Origin: an uncultured Veillonellaceae bacterium
Lineage (GTDB): Bacteria > Bacillota > Negativicutes > Selenomonadales > Selenomonadaceae
Assembly: GCA_900315575.1 (NCBI GenBank)
Contig: OMZR01000001.1
Span: forward strand, 16,071-80,070
Reading direction: 5' to 3'
DNA: 64,000 nucleotides
The notes under the pieces are model-generated. The model saw only the letters and a program-made list of their open reading frames with translations, had not been told where the DNA came from and did not search any database. Position numbers and translations under genes: made by a program. Positions 8,242 to 17,597 of the stretch are shown here, one piece after another (within the stretch, counting starts at the first letter, position 1; each line of letters begins with the position of its first letter).

Positions 8242-11200
8242 ATGATCACAAAAGATAATTTGAGACAAGTTTTAGATGCCATCGGCTTCCAGCAGAATTC
8301 ACTTGGCATATATGAAAAGACGTATTCAATCTTTGACTGCTGCATCGCGGTGGACTTTCAGCACGAAATCATCCAGTATCCGGAAGATCATGGCATGAAA
8401 ATTGAACGGCATACAACGGATAATTTCGCGAAACCGGAGAATTTCGTCGTGCTGGAATGTGTCGACCGTCTGCTGACGAAAGGCTATCGACCGGAAGATA
8501 TTGAGCTCGAACGAAAATGGACGCTCGGCCATATGACATCGGGCAGTGAAGATAGTGGATTTGCAGATATTTGCGTTTTTCGGCAGACGTCGGACGGCAA
8601 GGAGAAGAAAGATGGCGAGGCGCGTCAACCTCTTTTCATCATTGAGTGCAAGACTGCAGGCAAGGCGTATAAAAAAGAATACAATAATATGCTGAGTGAC
8701 GGCGGGCAGTTGTTCAGTTACTGGTGGCAGGAGCATAGTTGCAAGTTTCTTGTCTTATATGCATCTGATTTTGAGCATGGAGCGGTAACTTACGTTACGG
8801 ATAGCGTCGATTGTAACGATGATAAAAATCTCTTGGTGATGGCAGAGAAAGCGAAGAAAGCACGGAGGGATGATACGATTCATCTTTATTGCGACGCAAA
8901 GAGCAAAGAGGAACTCTATACATGCTGGGACGAGACATATGACCGGCGTTTCTGTGGAGATGTCATCTTCCGCGATGATTCCGTGGCCTATGAAATCGGA
9001 GCGAAGCCGTTACGAAAGCGTGACCTTGACGATTTCAGCAAGAATGACAAGGTCGTGAACCGATTTGAAGAAATTTTGCGACACAATAACGTTTCCGACA
9101 AGGAGAATGCATTCAACCGTCTTATCGCGCTCTTCATCTGTAAGCTCGTTGATGAGATGCAGAAGCAAGAAGATGACGTGGTCGATTTCCAGTACAAGGT
9201 TGGAACGGATACTTACGAGACACTGCAAGACCGTTTGCAACGGTTGCACAAGGACGGCATGGAAAAATTCATGCGAGAGGAAATCTTCTATGTGCCGGAC
9301 ACATATGCAGAAAATGTCGTGCAGCAATTCACGGGGGCACAACGCGGCCAGTTGGTTGCGGAACTTAAGAAGACATTGCGCATCTTGAAGTTCTATACGA
9401 ATAATGACTTCGCGTTCAAGGATGTGCACAATGAAGAACTGTTTTATCAAAATGGCAAGATTGTCGTGGAAGTCGTTCAGCTGTTTCAAGGGTATCGTAT
9501 CATCGGCTCGTCAGACCTCCAGACACTTGGTGATCTGTTCGAGCAACTGCTGAACAAGGGCTTCAAGCAGAACGAGGGACAATTTTTCACGCCCGTTCCT
9601 ATCACACGCTTTATCTGGGATAGCCTGCCACTTCGCACGTTCGTTCAGAAAGATGGCCGCATTGAATATCCGAAGATCATCGATTACGCTTGCGGAGCAG
9701 GCCATTTTCTTACGCAGGGCATCGAGGCCGTTCGCGAACTGTTGACGGAGGGTAAAGATAAAAATGGAGACGAAGCATGGGTGAGCGATCATGTATATGG
9801 TGTGGAAAAAGATTACCGACTTGCTCGCGTGTCAAAGATTTCGCTCTTCATGCATGGTGCTGGCGACGCGAATGTTATTTTTGGCGACGGGCTGGAGAAT
9901 TACCGTGAGAAAGGCATTGCGCCGGGGACGTTCGATATCCTTGTCGCAAATCCGCCGTATGCCGTCAAATCATTTAAAAGCCACTTGAAGCTTCACGACA
10001 ACGACTTTCGCTTGCTCGATGCTATCTCGAACGATGGCGGTGAGATTGAGACGTTGTTCGTTGAGCGCATTGCACAGCTTTTGAAACCGGGCGGCCTCGC
10101 CGCAGTCATTCTTCCGTCGTCCATTCTCAGCAAAGATTCTGGCAGTTGCAATGGGGCGCGCGAAGAATTGTTACAGCATTTTTACATCCACGCTATTACG
10201 TGCTTTGGTGGAAAGACGTTCAGTGCAACGAACACGGATACGGTCGTTCTGTTCCTGCAAAAAATCAAAGAACCACCTATCCGTTTTCGTCTCGTCGCTG
10301 ACAGCGCCGATGCCATATTGTCAGGTAGGCCACTTTCCGATTGGGAAGATGAGAAGATTTTCGCACAATATTTGGCGCAGGTGGAATGTAGCGAAGAAGA
10401 CTATCGGAAATTCCTTGCAGAAACCATGCCTTATACGAATTTCGTCGAAACGCCGTACTTTCGAAATTATGTTGATGCGTTTGAGAATCTTGCTGAAACG
10501 AAAAACAAGCGCCGGCAGAAATCGTTTCAGAACATGAATGTCGAGGAACAATCTGCATGGCTCAACCAGCGTTTTTATACGCTCGTGAAGGAGCGAGAGC
10601 GGGAAAAATTGCGCTACTTTGCTATGGTCTATCAGCAAACAGTTCTTGTCATCACGGCCCCTGTGGAGAACAAAAAACAAAAAAGTTTCTTGGGATATGA
10701 TTGGACAAATCGTAGGGGAAACGAAGGGATCGTCATCCTCAACGAAGGCGGAATGTTATATAATCCTCAAAATCGTTCAGCACGGGATACATTTGCTGCT
10801 CTAATTCGTTCGACGTTCGAACATACGCAAGCTATAACTGAATATCCGAAAGAATATTATAAGTATTTTCCGCTCAAGGATATGATTGATTTTACGCGGA
10901 TTGATTTCAATAAATCTATTCGGACGACGGGGGTCAATCGGATGAAGCTGTCAAGCAAGTACCCGTTGAGACAACTGACAGATTTTGTAGATGTTATTCG
11001 TGGCGTGACATATGATAAGACGGATCAGGTTTTGGATGAAACCCCGAATGTTATCTTAACGGCTGACAATATTACGCTTGACGGTCATTTCGAAGTGTCA
11101 AAAAAGATTTATCTTCGCGAGAACAAAATAATTCCTGATGAAAAACGGTTGAAGGACAAGGATTGTTTCATATGTTTTTCGAGCGGAAGTTTGCAACATA

Positions 11201-11565
11201 TTGGAAAAGTAGCGTATATTTCCGGTGACACGAAGTATTATGCTGGCGGATTTATGGGGATTCTGAGACCGAAAGCAAAGGATGAAGTTCCGCAATATAT
11301 TTACTTTGTATTAAATACACCGTTCATGCGAGATTATGTCCGTAATGATGCCGCAGGTGCGAACATCAAGAACTTATCGAATCAGATAGGAAAGATAAAA
11401 ATTCCTGTTCCGCCAGTGGAAATCCAAAAGAAGATAGTTGACGAGTGCGTGGAGATTGAAGGAGAATATCAAACGACGCGAATGGCGATTGACGATTATC
11501 GCGCTCGTATTGAAGTCCTCTTCCAAAAGTTTGATGTAATCGGGGGGGGAGACAATAAAGCTTGA
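8242..11565 (+). CDS. fused restriction endonuclease / N6-adenine DNA methyltransferase / specificity (TRD1) protein, type IIB/IIG-like; truncated relative to the reading frame restored at the G8 tract
   Basis: N-terminal PD-(D/E)xK-like nuclease signature (ADICVF ... PLFIIECK at 8641..8652). Methylase motifs DYACGAGHFL and LVANPPYAV (NPPY at 9949..9960). C-terminal HsdS-like TRD (LRQLTDFVDVIRGVTYDK ... IKIPVPPVEIQKKIVDE). RBS GGGAGGAG lies upstream of the ATG at 8242. Confidence 0.85.
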   Translation: MITKDNLRQVLDAIGFQQNSLGIYEKTYSIFDCCIAVDFQHEIIQYPEDHGMKIERHTTDNFAKPENFVVLECVDRLLTKGYRPEDIELERKWTLGHMTSGSEDSGFADICVFRQTSDGKEKKDGEARQPLFIIECKTAGKAYKKEYNNMLSDGGQLFSYWWQEHSCKFLVLYASDFEHGAVTYVTDSVDCNDDKNLLVMAEKAKKARRDDTIHLYCDAKSKEELYTCWDETYDRRFCGDVIFRDDSVAYEIGAKPLRKRDLDDFSKNDKVVNRFEEILRHNNVSDKENAFNRLIALFICKLVDEMQKQEDDVVDFQYKVGTDTYETLQDRLQRLHKDGMEKFMREEIFYVPDTYAENVVQQFTGAQRGQLVAELKKTLRILKFYTNNDFAFKDVHNEELFYQNGKIVVEVVQLFQGYRIIGSSDLQTLGDLFEQLLNKGFKQNEGQFFTPVPITRFIWDSLPLRTFVQKDGRIEYPKIIDYACGAGHFLTQGIEAVRELLTEGKDKNGDEAWVSDHVYGVEKDYRLARVSKISLFMHGAGDANVIFGDGLENYREKGIAPGTFDILVANPPYAVKSFKSHLKLHDNDFRLLDAISNDGGEIETLFVERIAQLLKPGGLAAVILPSSILSKDSGSCNGAREELLQHFYIHAITCFGGKTFSATNTDTVVLFLQKIKEPPIRFRLVADSADAILSGRPLSDWEDEKIFAQYLAQVECSEEDYRKFLAETMPYTNFVETPYFRNYVDAFENLAETKNKRRQKSFQNMNVEEQSAWLNQRFYTLVKEREREKLRYFAMVYQQTVLVITAPVENKKQKSFLGYDWTNRRGNEGIVILNEGGMLYNPQNRSARDTFAALIRSTFEHTQAITEYPKEYYKYFPLKDMIDFTRIDFNKSIRTTGVNRMKLSSKYPLRQLTDFVDVIRGVTYDKTDQVLDETPNVILTADNITLDGHFEVSKKIYLRENKIIPDEKRLKDKDCFICFSSGSLQHIGKVAYISGDTKYYAGGFMGILRPKAKDEVPQYIYFVLNTPFMRDYVRNDAAGANIKNLSNQIGKIKIPVPPVEIQKKIVDECVEIEGEYQTTRMAIDDYRARIEVLFQKFDVIGGGDNKA
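11542..11549 (+). repeat. homopolymeric G8 tract at the junction of the RM fusion gene and the downstream TRD ORF
   Basis: The sequence cgggggggga was counted directly. The stop TGA at 11563 follows in the current frame. The alternative frame is open from the tract into ORF 11585..12061. Confidence 0.95.
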
Positions 11566-11584
11566 TGCAACGGACAAATTCCAG

Positions 11585-12061
11585 ATGACCATCGGCAAGC
11601 GCGTCTTGAGTTCCGAGCTTCTGCCAACTGGCATTCCCGTGTACAGCGCAAACGTGCAAGAGCCGTTCGGGTATATCCGTGCATCATTTTTCAAGGATTA
11701 TAATGTTGGCACGATCCTTTGGGGGATTGATGGGGATTGGGATGTTCGTTACATCCCGCCGCAGATGCCGTTCTATCCGACAGATCATTGCGGGACGTTG
11801 CGAGTACAGGCCACTGATGTCAATGCGCGTTACCTTGCTTTTGCGCTCCATGCCGAAGGGGAACGCCGGCGCTTTACACGGACAAATCGTCCGTCACTCG
11901 ATCGCGTGCGAGCGTTGCGGTTGGAGCTGCCACCTAAGCAACAGCAGGATGTTTTCGTCAACGAAGTTGAACGCATGGAATCCCAAATTGCAAAGTTGGA
12001 AGAAAAGCGAAAGATGCTGGAAGGAAAGAAGCAGGGGATTTTGAAAAAGTATTTGTTGTAA
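11585..12061 (+). CDS. HsdS-like target recognition domain (TRD2) plus coiled-coil tail; probably the detached C-terminus of the upstream RM protein
   Basis: MTIGKRVLSSELLPTGIPVYSANVQEPFGYI ... RPSLDRVRALRLELPPKQQQDVFVNEVERMESQIAKLEEKR is typical of a type I S-subunit half. The frame is open back to the G8 tract (..IKLDATDKFQ upstream of the ATG). Confidence 0.8.
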   Translation: MTIGKRVLSSELLPTGIPVYSANVQEPFGYIRASFFKDYNVGTILWGIDGDWDVRYIPPQMPFYPTDHCGTLRVQATDVNARYLAFALHAEGERRRFTRTNRPSLDRVRALRLELPPKQQQDVFVNEVERMESQIAKLEEKRKMLEGKKQGILKKYLL

Positions 12062-12195
12062 TCAAGCCTCTATCCGAATTCTCGCACGCACCAAAATAAA
12101 ATATCATCGCACGCCCAAAACAGCGTTCCTCCGTATTGAAGGATGCTGTTTTTTGTGTGTGGGGTCTGTCACTTCTTGTTATAGAGAGTGGGGAT

Positions 12196-13839
12196 TCAGG
12201 GAAGGAACGTTTCTTTCCAATCGGTAATCGTCCGTTCCTCCGGCGCATAGCAGAAGTTGATGCCGACGGCATGGATGGTCTGGCCTTTTTCGCGGGCGGG
12301 ACGGAGGTACTTTTCGGCGTAGGCTTTTTCATCAATCTGGGCGAGGGCGGCGTCTGCCGTTTTTTGGAGCTTGAACCCGAGGATGTAGAGATGTTTTCCC
12401 GCGTCGAGCACGGCATCGATGCGGCCTTTGTTCGTTACGACTTCTGTCAGGATGTCCATGCCGCAGAGGCGGCAGATGGTGTAGATGATGGACTGATAGT
12501 ATTTTTCCGCCTTGATCTGGATGTCGTAGGGGAGGCCGGCGAAGAAATCCTTCCAGACGTCCACCATATCCTCCGTGCGGCCGCTTTCTGCGGCTGAGAG
12601 GAGTTCATAGAGGTACTTTGTCGGACGGCGTGGAGCGGTGTAGGCACTGAGGAGTTCTCGCGCAAAGGAATAGGCGACTTCATGATTCGGGAAACGCATC
12701 TTGAAAAGGCGTTCTGGAAGTGTGGCGGCAAGCTGGTCGACGGTCAGATACCCTGTTTGGAAAAGCAGGTCGAGGATGCGCTCGTCCTCAACTTGTGTGC
12801 CTGCAAGTTCAGCGATGTCGAACGTATCCAGATAACTTTCGGAGAGCAACGTACCATCGATGTCAGGAACGGTCAGACAATTGCGCTTCAGGAGATTTAC
12901 GAGAAACGTTGGCGTTCCTGTCTCAAACCAAAAATTTTTAAAGGTATGATGATTGAGGAAAAATTTTCCGATTGAAATGGGATTGTAGACCGTTTCTGCG
13001 TTCTCCGAAAAACGAAAGCCGTCATACCAGAGCTTGATTTCCGTGAGGAGTTCAGTGCGGTTGAGGAGGCCGTCCTTGCTTAGAACAGCGTGGACGCCAT
13101 CTTTGACAGCCGCATCCAGCCAGGCAGAGAAGTTTGCTTCGAGCTCTTGCTGCGTGTAGCCGAACATGCAGGCGAATTCTGGACGCATGGTGATGTCCGT
13201 CAAGTGATTCAGCTTGCTGAAGACGGAGAGTTTTGCAATCTTTGTCACGCCCGTCAAAAATGTGAAGCGCAGGATGGGTTCGGCTCCTTTGATGATCTGA
13301 TAGAATGACGAAAGGAAATTGCGGTAGAGTTCCGCATCCTTGGCGTTGTCCAGATGCTCAAAGACCGGCTTGTCGTATTCATCGATGAGGAGGACAACTT
13401 CCGTGTCCGTTTTGTCATAGAGTGCGCGGATCAGCTTGTTGAAAAGCAGAGCAGGATCGTCATCCGTGAGTTTCAGTCCGTAACTTTTTGCAATCTCTTC
13501 CAGCTGGTAGCAGAGCGATTTCTGCAGCTGCGGCATCGTGTCCATGACGCATTGCGTGAAGTCGATATGGATGACGGGATATACCTGCCAGTCGTAATCG
13601 GCGCTGCCGAGATACAGCCCGTCAAAGAGCTCACGCCGGCCGCGGAAGACGGCTTCGAGTGTCGAGATGGTCAGGCTCTTGCCGAAGCGGCGCGGACGGG
13701 TGCAGAAGAACTGGCCTTTTGTGACTTTGAGCAGCTTGTAGATGTAAGCGGTCTTGTCGACGTAGAGGCAGTGGTTTTCGATGAGGTCGGAAAATGTGTA
13801 GACCGAGGTCGTGATTTCTTTCAGGTTCGTCGTGTCCAT
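12196..13839 (-). CDS. AAA-ATPase-like protein with C-terminal PD-(D/E)xK nuclease-like domain (AAA-ATPase_like/PDDEXK_9 architecture)
   Basis: The N-terminus YTFSDLIENHCLYVDKTAYIYKLLKVTKGQFFCTRPRRFGKSLTISTLEAVFRGRRELFDGL is the hallmark of this family. The C-terminus has GRIDAVLDAGKHLYILGFKL. Confidence 0.8.
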   Translation of the reverse strand: MDTTNLKEITTSVYTFSDLIENHCLYVDKTAYIYKLLKVTKGQFFCTRPRRFGKSLTISTLEAVFRGRRELFDGLYLGSADYDWQVYPVIHIDFTQCVMDTMPQLQKSLCYQLEEIAKSYGLKLTDDDPALLFNKLIRALYDKTDTEVVLLIDEYDKPVFEHLDNAKDAELYRNFLSSFYQIIKGAEPILRFTFLTGVTKIAKLSVFSKLNHLTDITMRPEFACMFGYTQQELEANFSAWLDAAVKDGVHAVLSKDGLLNRTELLTEIKLWYDGFRFSENAETVYNPISIGKFFLNHHTFKNFWFETGTPTFLVNLLKRNCLTVPDIDGTLLSESYLDTFDIAELAGTQVEDERILDLLFQTGYLTVDQLAATLPERLFKMRFPNHEVAYSFARELLSAYTAPRRPTKYLYELLSAAESGRTEDMVDVWKDFFAGLPYDIQIKAEKYYQSIIYTICRLCGMDILTEVVTNKGRIDAVLDAGKHLYILGFKLQKTADAALAQIDEKAYAEKYLRPAREKGQTIHAVGINFCYAPEERTITDWKETFLP

Positions 13840-14056
13840 CGCGCGTCAAGCCTTCCTTTCTGCAGAGGATTCGTTCTGTCTCTGATTATATCTTGCCTGT
13901 CGAAAGATTGCCAGAGCCATCGTCATGGACTTTTTCAAATTTTTTTCATGAAAGCAGGAACCTTCCTACAAGAAAGCGAATTATACCCAAAAGGATAGGA
14001 AGTATGTAGAATACCATGGGAAGTATTCAGATAGAGTGGAGAAGGGAAGCGGTTTC

Positions 14057-16030
14057 ATGAAAATCCGGCAGAAGTTTTTTGTCCTTGCGGCGCTTGTTGG
14101 CGTCATCATGGCGGTCATGTCGTGCGTGGGCTACTATGTGGCGTACAGCAACCTCGAGCAGAGCGTCGAGGGCGAGCTCAGTGCGACGGTCAGCGCCGAG
14201 GCGCAGGGGCTTGACGGGTGGATTCACGGCAAGTCGGAGTATGCTGTCGCGGCGGCGGAGGTCATGCCGACGGTCGGCAACAAGGGCGACATCGCAACGA
14301 TGCAGTCGCTCCTCAAGATGGTTTCCGGGGACAAGGAGATCGTCGGCCTCGTCAATGCGACGGAGACCGGCACGTTCGTCTCGGCGAAGAAAGACAACAC
14401 GGGCAAGGTGAACCCGCAGGAGCGCGGCTGGTACAAGCAGGCGAAAGCAGCGAACGGCAAGCTCTCATTCACCGAGGTCTACAAGGACTCGACGAATGGC
14501 AAGCTCGTCGTCACGGCGGCCATGCCGTATGAGGACGAGACGGGCAAGTTCGCAGGTGCCATCTGCGAGGACATCGAGCTCGGGACGCTCGAGCAGGCTG
14601 TGAAGAACCTCGACTATCACGGGCAGGGCAAGGGCATCCTGATCAGCCCGAAAGGCAACATCGTCGCTTCGACGGATGAGAGCGAGAACATGACGCCGGT
14701 CAGCGGCAACAAGGCGCTCGCGCCGCATTTCGACGAAATGGTGCAGAAGGGCGAAGGCTATTTCGAGGCCGATTCGTCCGAGGGCACGAAGGTCATCGCC
14801 TATCATTCCGTCCCGACGACGGGCTGGGTCATGGCGATTTCCGTGCCGCGCGACGTCGTTTTCGCCTCGCTGACGAAGCTCAAGATTGCGTACGGCATCC
14901 TGACGATTCTCGGCATCCTGATTGCCGTCGCGGCCTCGCTGAAATTCGCGGACAGCATCTCGACGCGCATCGAGGCCATCCGCAGCCATGCGGAGGATTT
15001 CGCGGGCGGCGACCTCTCGCAGGATGACATCATCGTCGATACGCAGGACGAGACAGGCGACCTCGCAGCCTCGTTCAACACGATGGGCGGCAAGCTCCGC
15101 CATCTCATCTCGGAAATCGCGAAGACATCGGAGCAGGTAGCGGCCTCGTCCGAACAGCTCACGGCAAATGCGCACCAGTCGGCCGAAGCCTCGACGCATG
15201 TCGCCGAGACCATCAGCGGCGTCTCGGGCAACATGGACCAGCAGGTCCAGAATGTCGAGGCGGCCATGAAGGAAGTCGACAATGTCTACACGAACATCGC
15301 GACGGTCAACGACAAGGCAACGCGCATCGGCGCGACATCGCAGCAGACCGTAGACGCCGCGCAGCAAGGCTCGGAACTCATGCAGGACGCGCTCGCGCGC
15401 ATGGAGGATATCGAGAAGAACGTCGCGGAGTCGGCAGTCATCGTGAAGAAGCTCGGCGCGAGCTCGCAGGAAATCGGCACGATTGTCGAGACCATCAGCG
15501 CCATCGCCGAGCAGACGAACCTGCTGGCGCTCAATGCGGCCATCGAGGCCGCGCGTGCAGGCGAGCACGGACGCGGTTTCTCCGTTGTCGCGGACGAAGT
15601 GCGCAAGCTCGCCGAGGAATCGCAGCAGTCGGCGGACGAAATCCGCGCGCGCATCGGGACCATCCAGAAGGATACGGACAACATCGTGCAGTCGATGGAG
15701 AGCGGCTCGGAGACGTTCCGTCAGGGCACGGAAGCTGTGCGCAACGTCAGCACGCAGTTCCAGAACATCCTTGACCAGGTGCACGACATGAGCAGCCAGA
15801 TGGGGGACATCGCAAATTCCGTCAAGACGCTCGAAGCGGGCGCAGGCAAGATCGTCGAAGCCGTCGACGGCATCCAGAAGATTAGTGCGACGACGTCGGA
15901 AAGTACGCAGTCCATCTCCGCCGCGACGGAAGAACAGAGCGCGTCGAACGAAGAAATCGCTGCCGCGTCCCAGACGCTCGCGCAGATGGCAGCCGATTTG
16001 CAGAAAGCGACGACGCAGTTCAAGCTGTAA
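14057..16030 (+). CDS. methyl-accepting chemotaxis protein (Cache-like sensor, HAMP, MA domain)
   Basis: [22 protein letters not shown], a periplasmic Cache-like region, a second TM, HAMP ([27 protein letters not shown]), and signalling domain [38 protein letters not shown]. Confidence 0.9.
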   Translation: MKIRQKFFVLAALVGVIMAVMSCVGYYVAYSNLEQSVEGELSATVSAEAQGLDGWIHGKSEYAVAAAEVMPTVGNKGDIATMQSLLKMVSGDKEIVGLVNATETGTFVSAKKDNTGKVNPQERGWYKQAKAANGKLSFTEVYKDSTNGKLVVTAAMPYEDETGKFAGAICEDIELGTLEQAVKNLDYHGQGKGILISPKGNIVASTDESENMTPVSGNKALAPHFDEMVQKGEGYFEADSSEGTKVIAYHSVPTTGWVMAISVPRDVVFASLTKLKIAYGILTILGILIAVAASLKFADSISTRIEAIRSHAEDFAGGDLSQDDIIVDTQDETGDLAASFNTMGGKLRHLISEIAKTSEQVAASSEQLTANAHQSAEASTHVAETISGVSGNMDQQVQNVEAAMKEVDNVYTNIATVNDKATRIGATSQQTVDAAQQGSELMQDALARMEDIEKNVAESAVIVKKLGASSQEIGTIVETISAIAEQTNLLALNAAIEAARAGEHGRGFSVVADEVRKLAEESQQSADEIRARIGTIQKDTDNIVQSMESGSETFRQGTEAVRNVSTQFQNILDQVHDMSSQMGDIANSVKTLEAGAGKIVEAVDGIQKISATTSESTQSISAATEEQSASNEEIAAASQTLAQMAADLQKATTQFKL

Positions 16031-16040
16031 TGAAAAAGAG

Positions 16041-16076
16041 GACAGCTGTCATTCCAGAGATACAGCTGTCTTTTTG
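16041..16076 (+). terminator. rho-independent terminator after the MCP gene
   Basis: GACAGCTGT (16041..16049) pairs with ACAGCTGTC (16062..16070), followed by TTTTT. Confidence 0.75.
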
Positions 16077-16094
16077 CTTGTCAGGAGTTTTTAA

Positions 16095-17597
16095 ATGAAA
16101 CCGTTCAACCCAAGAGGCGCAGCATGCTTGTTGCTGGCATTTTTCCTCCTCCTGCTTTCTGCCTGTGCTTCTGATGTTTCAGACACGGGGGAGAGCAGCG
16201 GGGCGGCGACATCTGACGCGTCATCCTCCTCGACATCCGCACTTGCGTCTGGCATCGAAGCGCTTTCGAATGCTGACAGTACGCATTATGCGGTCTTTGT
16301 CGCCTATCCGCTCGACGGGCGCGAGTATGTCTACCAGTCATCGCCGATGCGGTCGGCGAGCATGATCAAGGTATTTTTGCTCGCCACGGCGATGGAGCGC
16401 GTGCAGCAGGGGACGCTGTCGCTCGACCAGACGCTGACGCTCCACAGTTCGGACAAGGTCGGCGGCGCGGGCGTCATCGCGGGGTATGCCTCGGGCACGG
16501 AGCTGCCGCTCGATACCGTCCTGCGCTTCATGATTACGGAGAGCGACAACACGGCGACGAACATGGTCATCGACCTTCTCGGCATGGACGCCATCAACGA
16601 ATACATCCAGCGGAACGGCTACCATGACACGATTCTCCAGCGCAAGATGATGGATTTTGACGCCGTCGCGGCGGGCCGTGAAAACTATACGTCGGCGGCC
16701 GACCTCGGCCATTTCTTCGTGAAGCTCTACAACCGCAGCTGCGTCACGCCGGAGCTCGACGATGTCATGCTCGGCTACCTCGCAGGGCAGACGGACACGG
16801 AGTGCTTCCCGGCCGCGCTGCCGGGCGTCATGATTGCGCATAAGACCGGCGAGCTCGGCGGCCTTTACGATGACGGCGGCATCATCTATCAGGAGGGCAA
16901 GCCGTTCATCATGGTTGGCATGACGGAGAACTATTCGAGCCGCAGCACGGCCATTGAGACGCTGCGCCAGATGGCGCGCGTCGCGGCAGAAAATGCTTCT
17001 CCTGCCTCGACCGAGTCTCTGGAGGATTTCGTCGTGGACAAGCCGATTGAATGGTCGGCAGAGCGCGAAAATCTGACGCGGGAATATGCCGAGCTGCACT
17101 ACGGCAAGGACACGGCGACCATCGTGCCGCAGGCCGTCGTGCTCCACTGGACGGCGGGCCCGACCTGGGAATCGGCCTACTATACGTTTTATCCGGCCGC
17201 GCGAGCGGACGGCACAGTGAACGTGTCGTCGCAGTTCCTTGTTGACCGCGACGGGACGGTGTACCGCCTGCTGCCCGAGACGACGCTCGCTCGTCATGTC
17301 ATCGGCTACAACTGGTGCGCCATCGGCGTGGAAAACGTCGGCGGCGAGGGCGGCGCGGAAGACCTGACAGACGCGCAGGTGGCGGCGAATGTCCGCCTGA
17401 TCCGCGCCCTGCATGAGAAGTATCCGACCATCCAGTATGTCTTCGGCCACTACCAGCAGACGGCAGCCCGCGCGAGCGGCCTCTATATCGAGCAGGTCGA
17501 GGGCTACCATTCCATAAAAAGCGACCCCGGACCGAGCTTCATGAGCGCGGTACGAGGCCAGCTTTCGGGTGAAGGGCTGATCTTCTATCCTGAGTGA
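16095..17597 (+). CDS. fusion of class-A beta-lactamase-like serine hydrolase and N-acetylmuramoyl-L-alanine amidase (Amidase_2/PGRP-like), exported
   Basis: Lipobox-like LLLLSAC. SxxK (SASMIK), SDN (ESDNTATN), KTG (HKTGEL). The C-terminal half has VVLHWTAGPTWESAYYTF ... HVIGYNWCAIGVENVG ... FGHYQ. Confidence 0.75.
   Translation: MKPFNPRGAACLLLAFFLLLLSACASDVSDTGESSGAATSDASSSSTSALASGIEALSNADSTHYAVFVAYPLDGREYVYQSSPMRSASMIKVFLLATAMERVQQGTLSLDQTLTLHSSDKVGGAGVIAGYASGTELPLDTVLRFMITESDNTATNMVIDLLGMDAINEYIQRNGYHDTILQRKMMDFDAVAAGRENYTSAADLGHFFVKLYNRSCVTPELDDVMLGYLAGQTDTECFPAALPGVMIAHKTGELGGLYDDGGIIYQEGKPFIMVGMTENYSSRSTAIETLRQMARVAAENASPASTESLEDFVVDKPIEWSAERENLTREYAELHYGKDTATIVPQAVVLHWTAGPTWESAYYTFYPAARADGTVNVSSQFLVDRDGTVYRLLPETTLARHVIGYNWCAIGVENVGGEGGAEDLTDAQVAANVRLIRALHEKYPTIQYVFGHYQQTAARASGLYIEQVEGYHSIKSDPGPSFMSAVRGQLSGEGLIFYPE

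Noticed and set aside
14465-15784. 439-aa minus-strand ORF
   Set aside because: It is antisense to the MCP signalling domain and has a low-complexity Arg/Asp/Leu composition.
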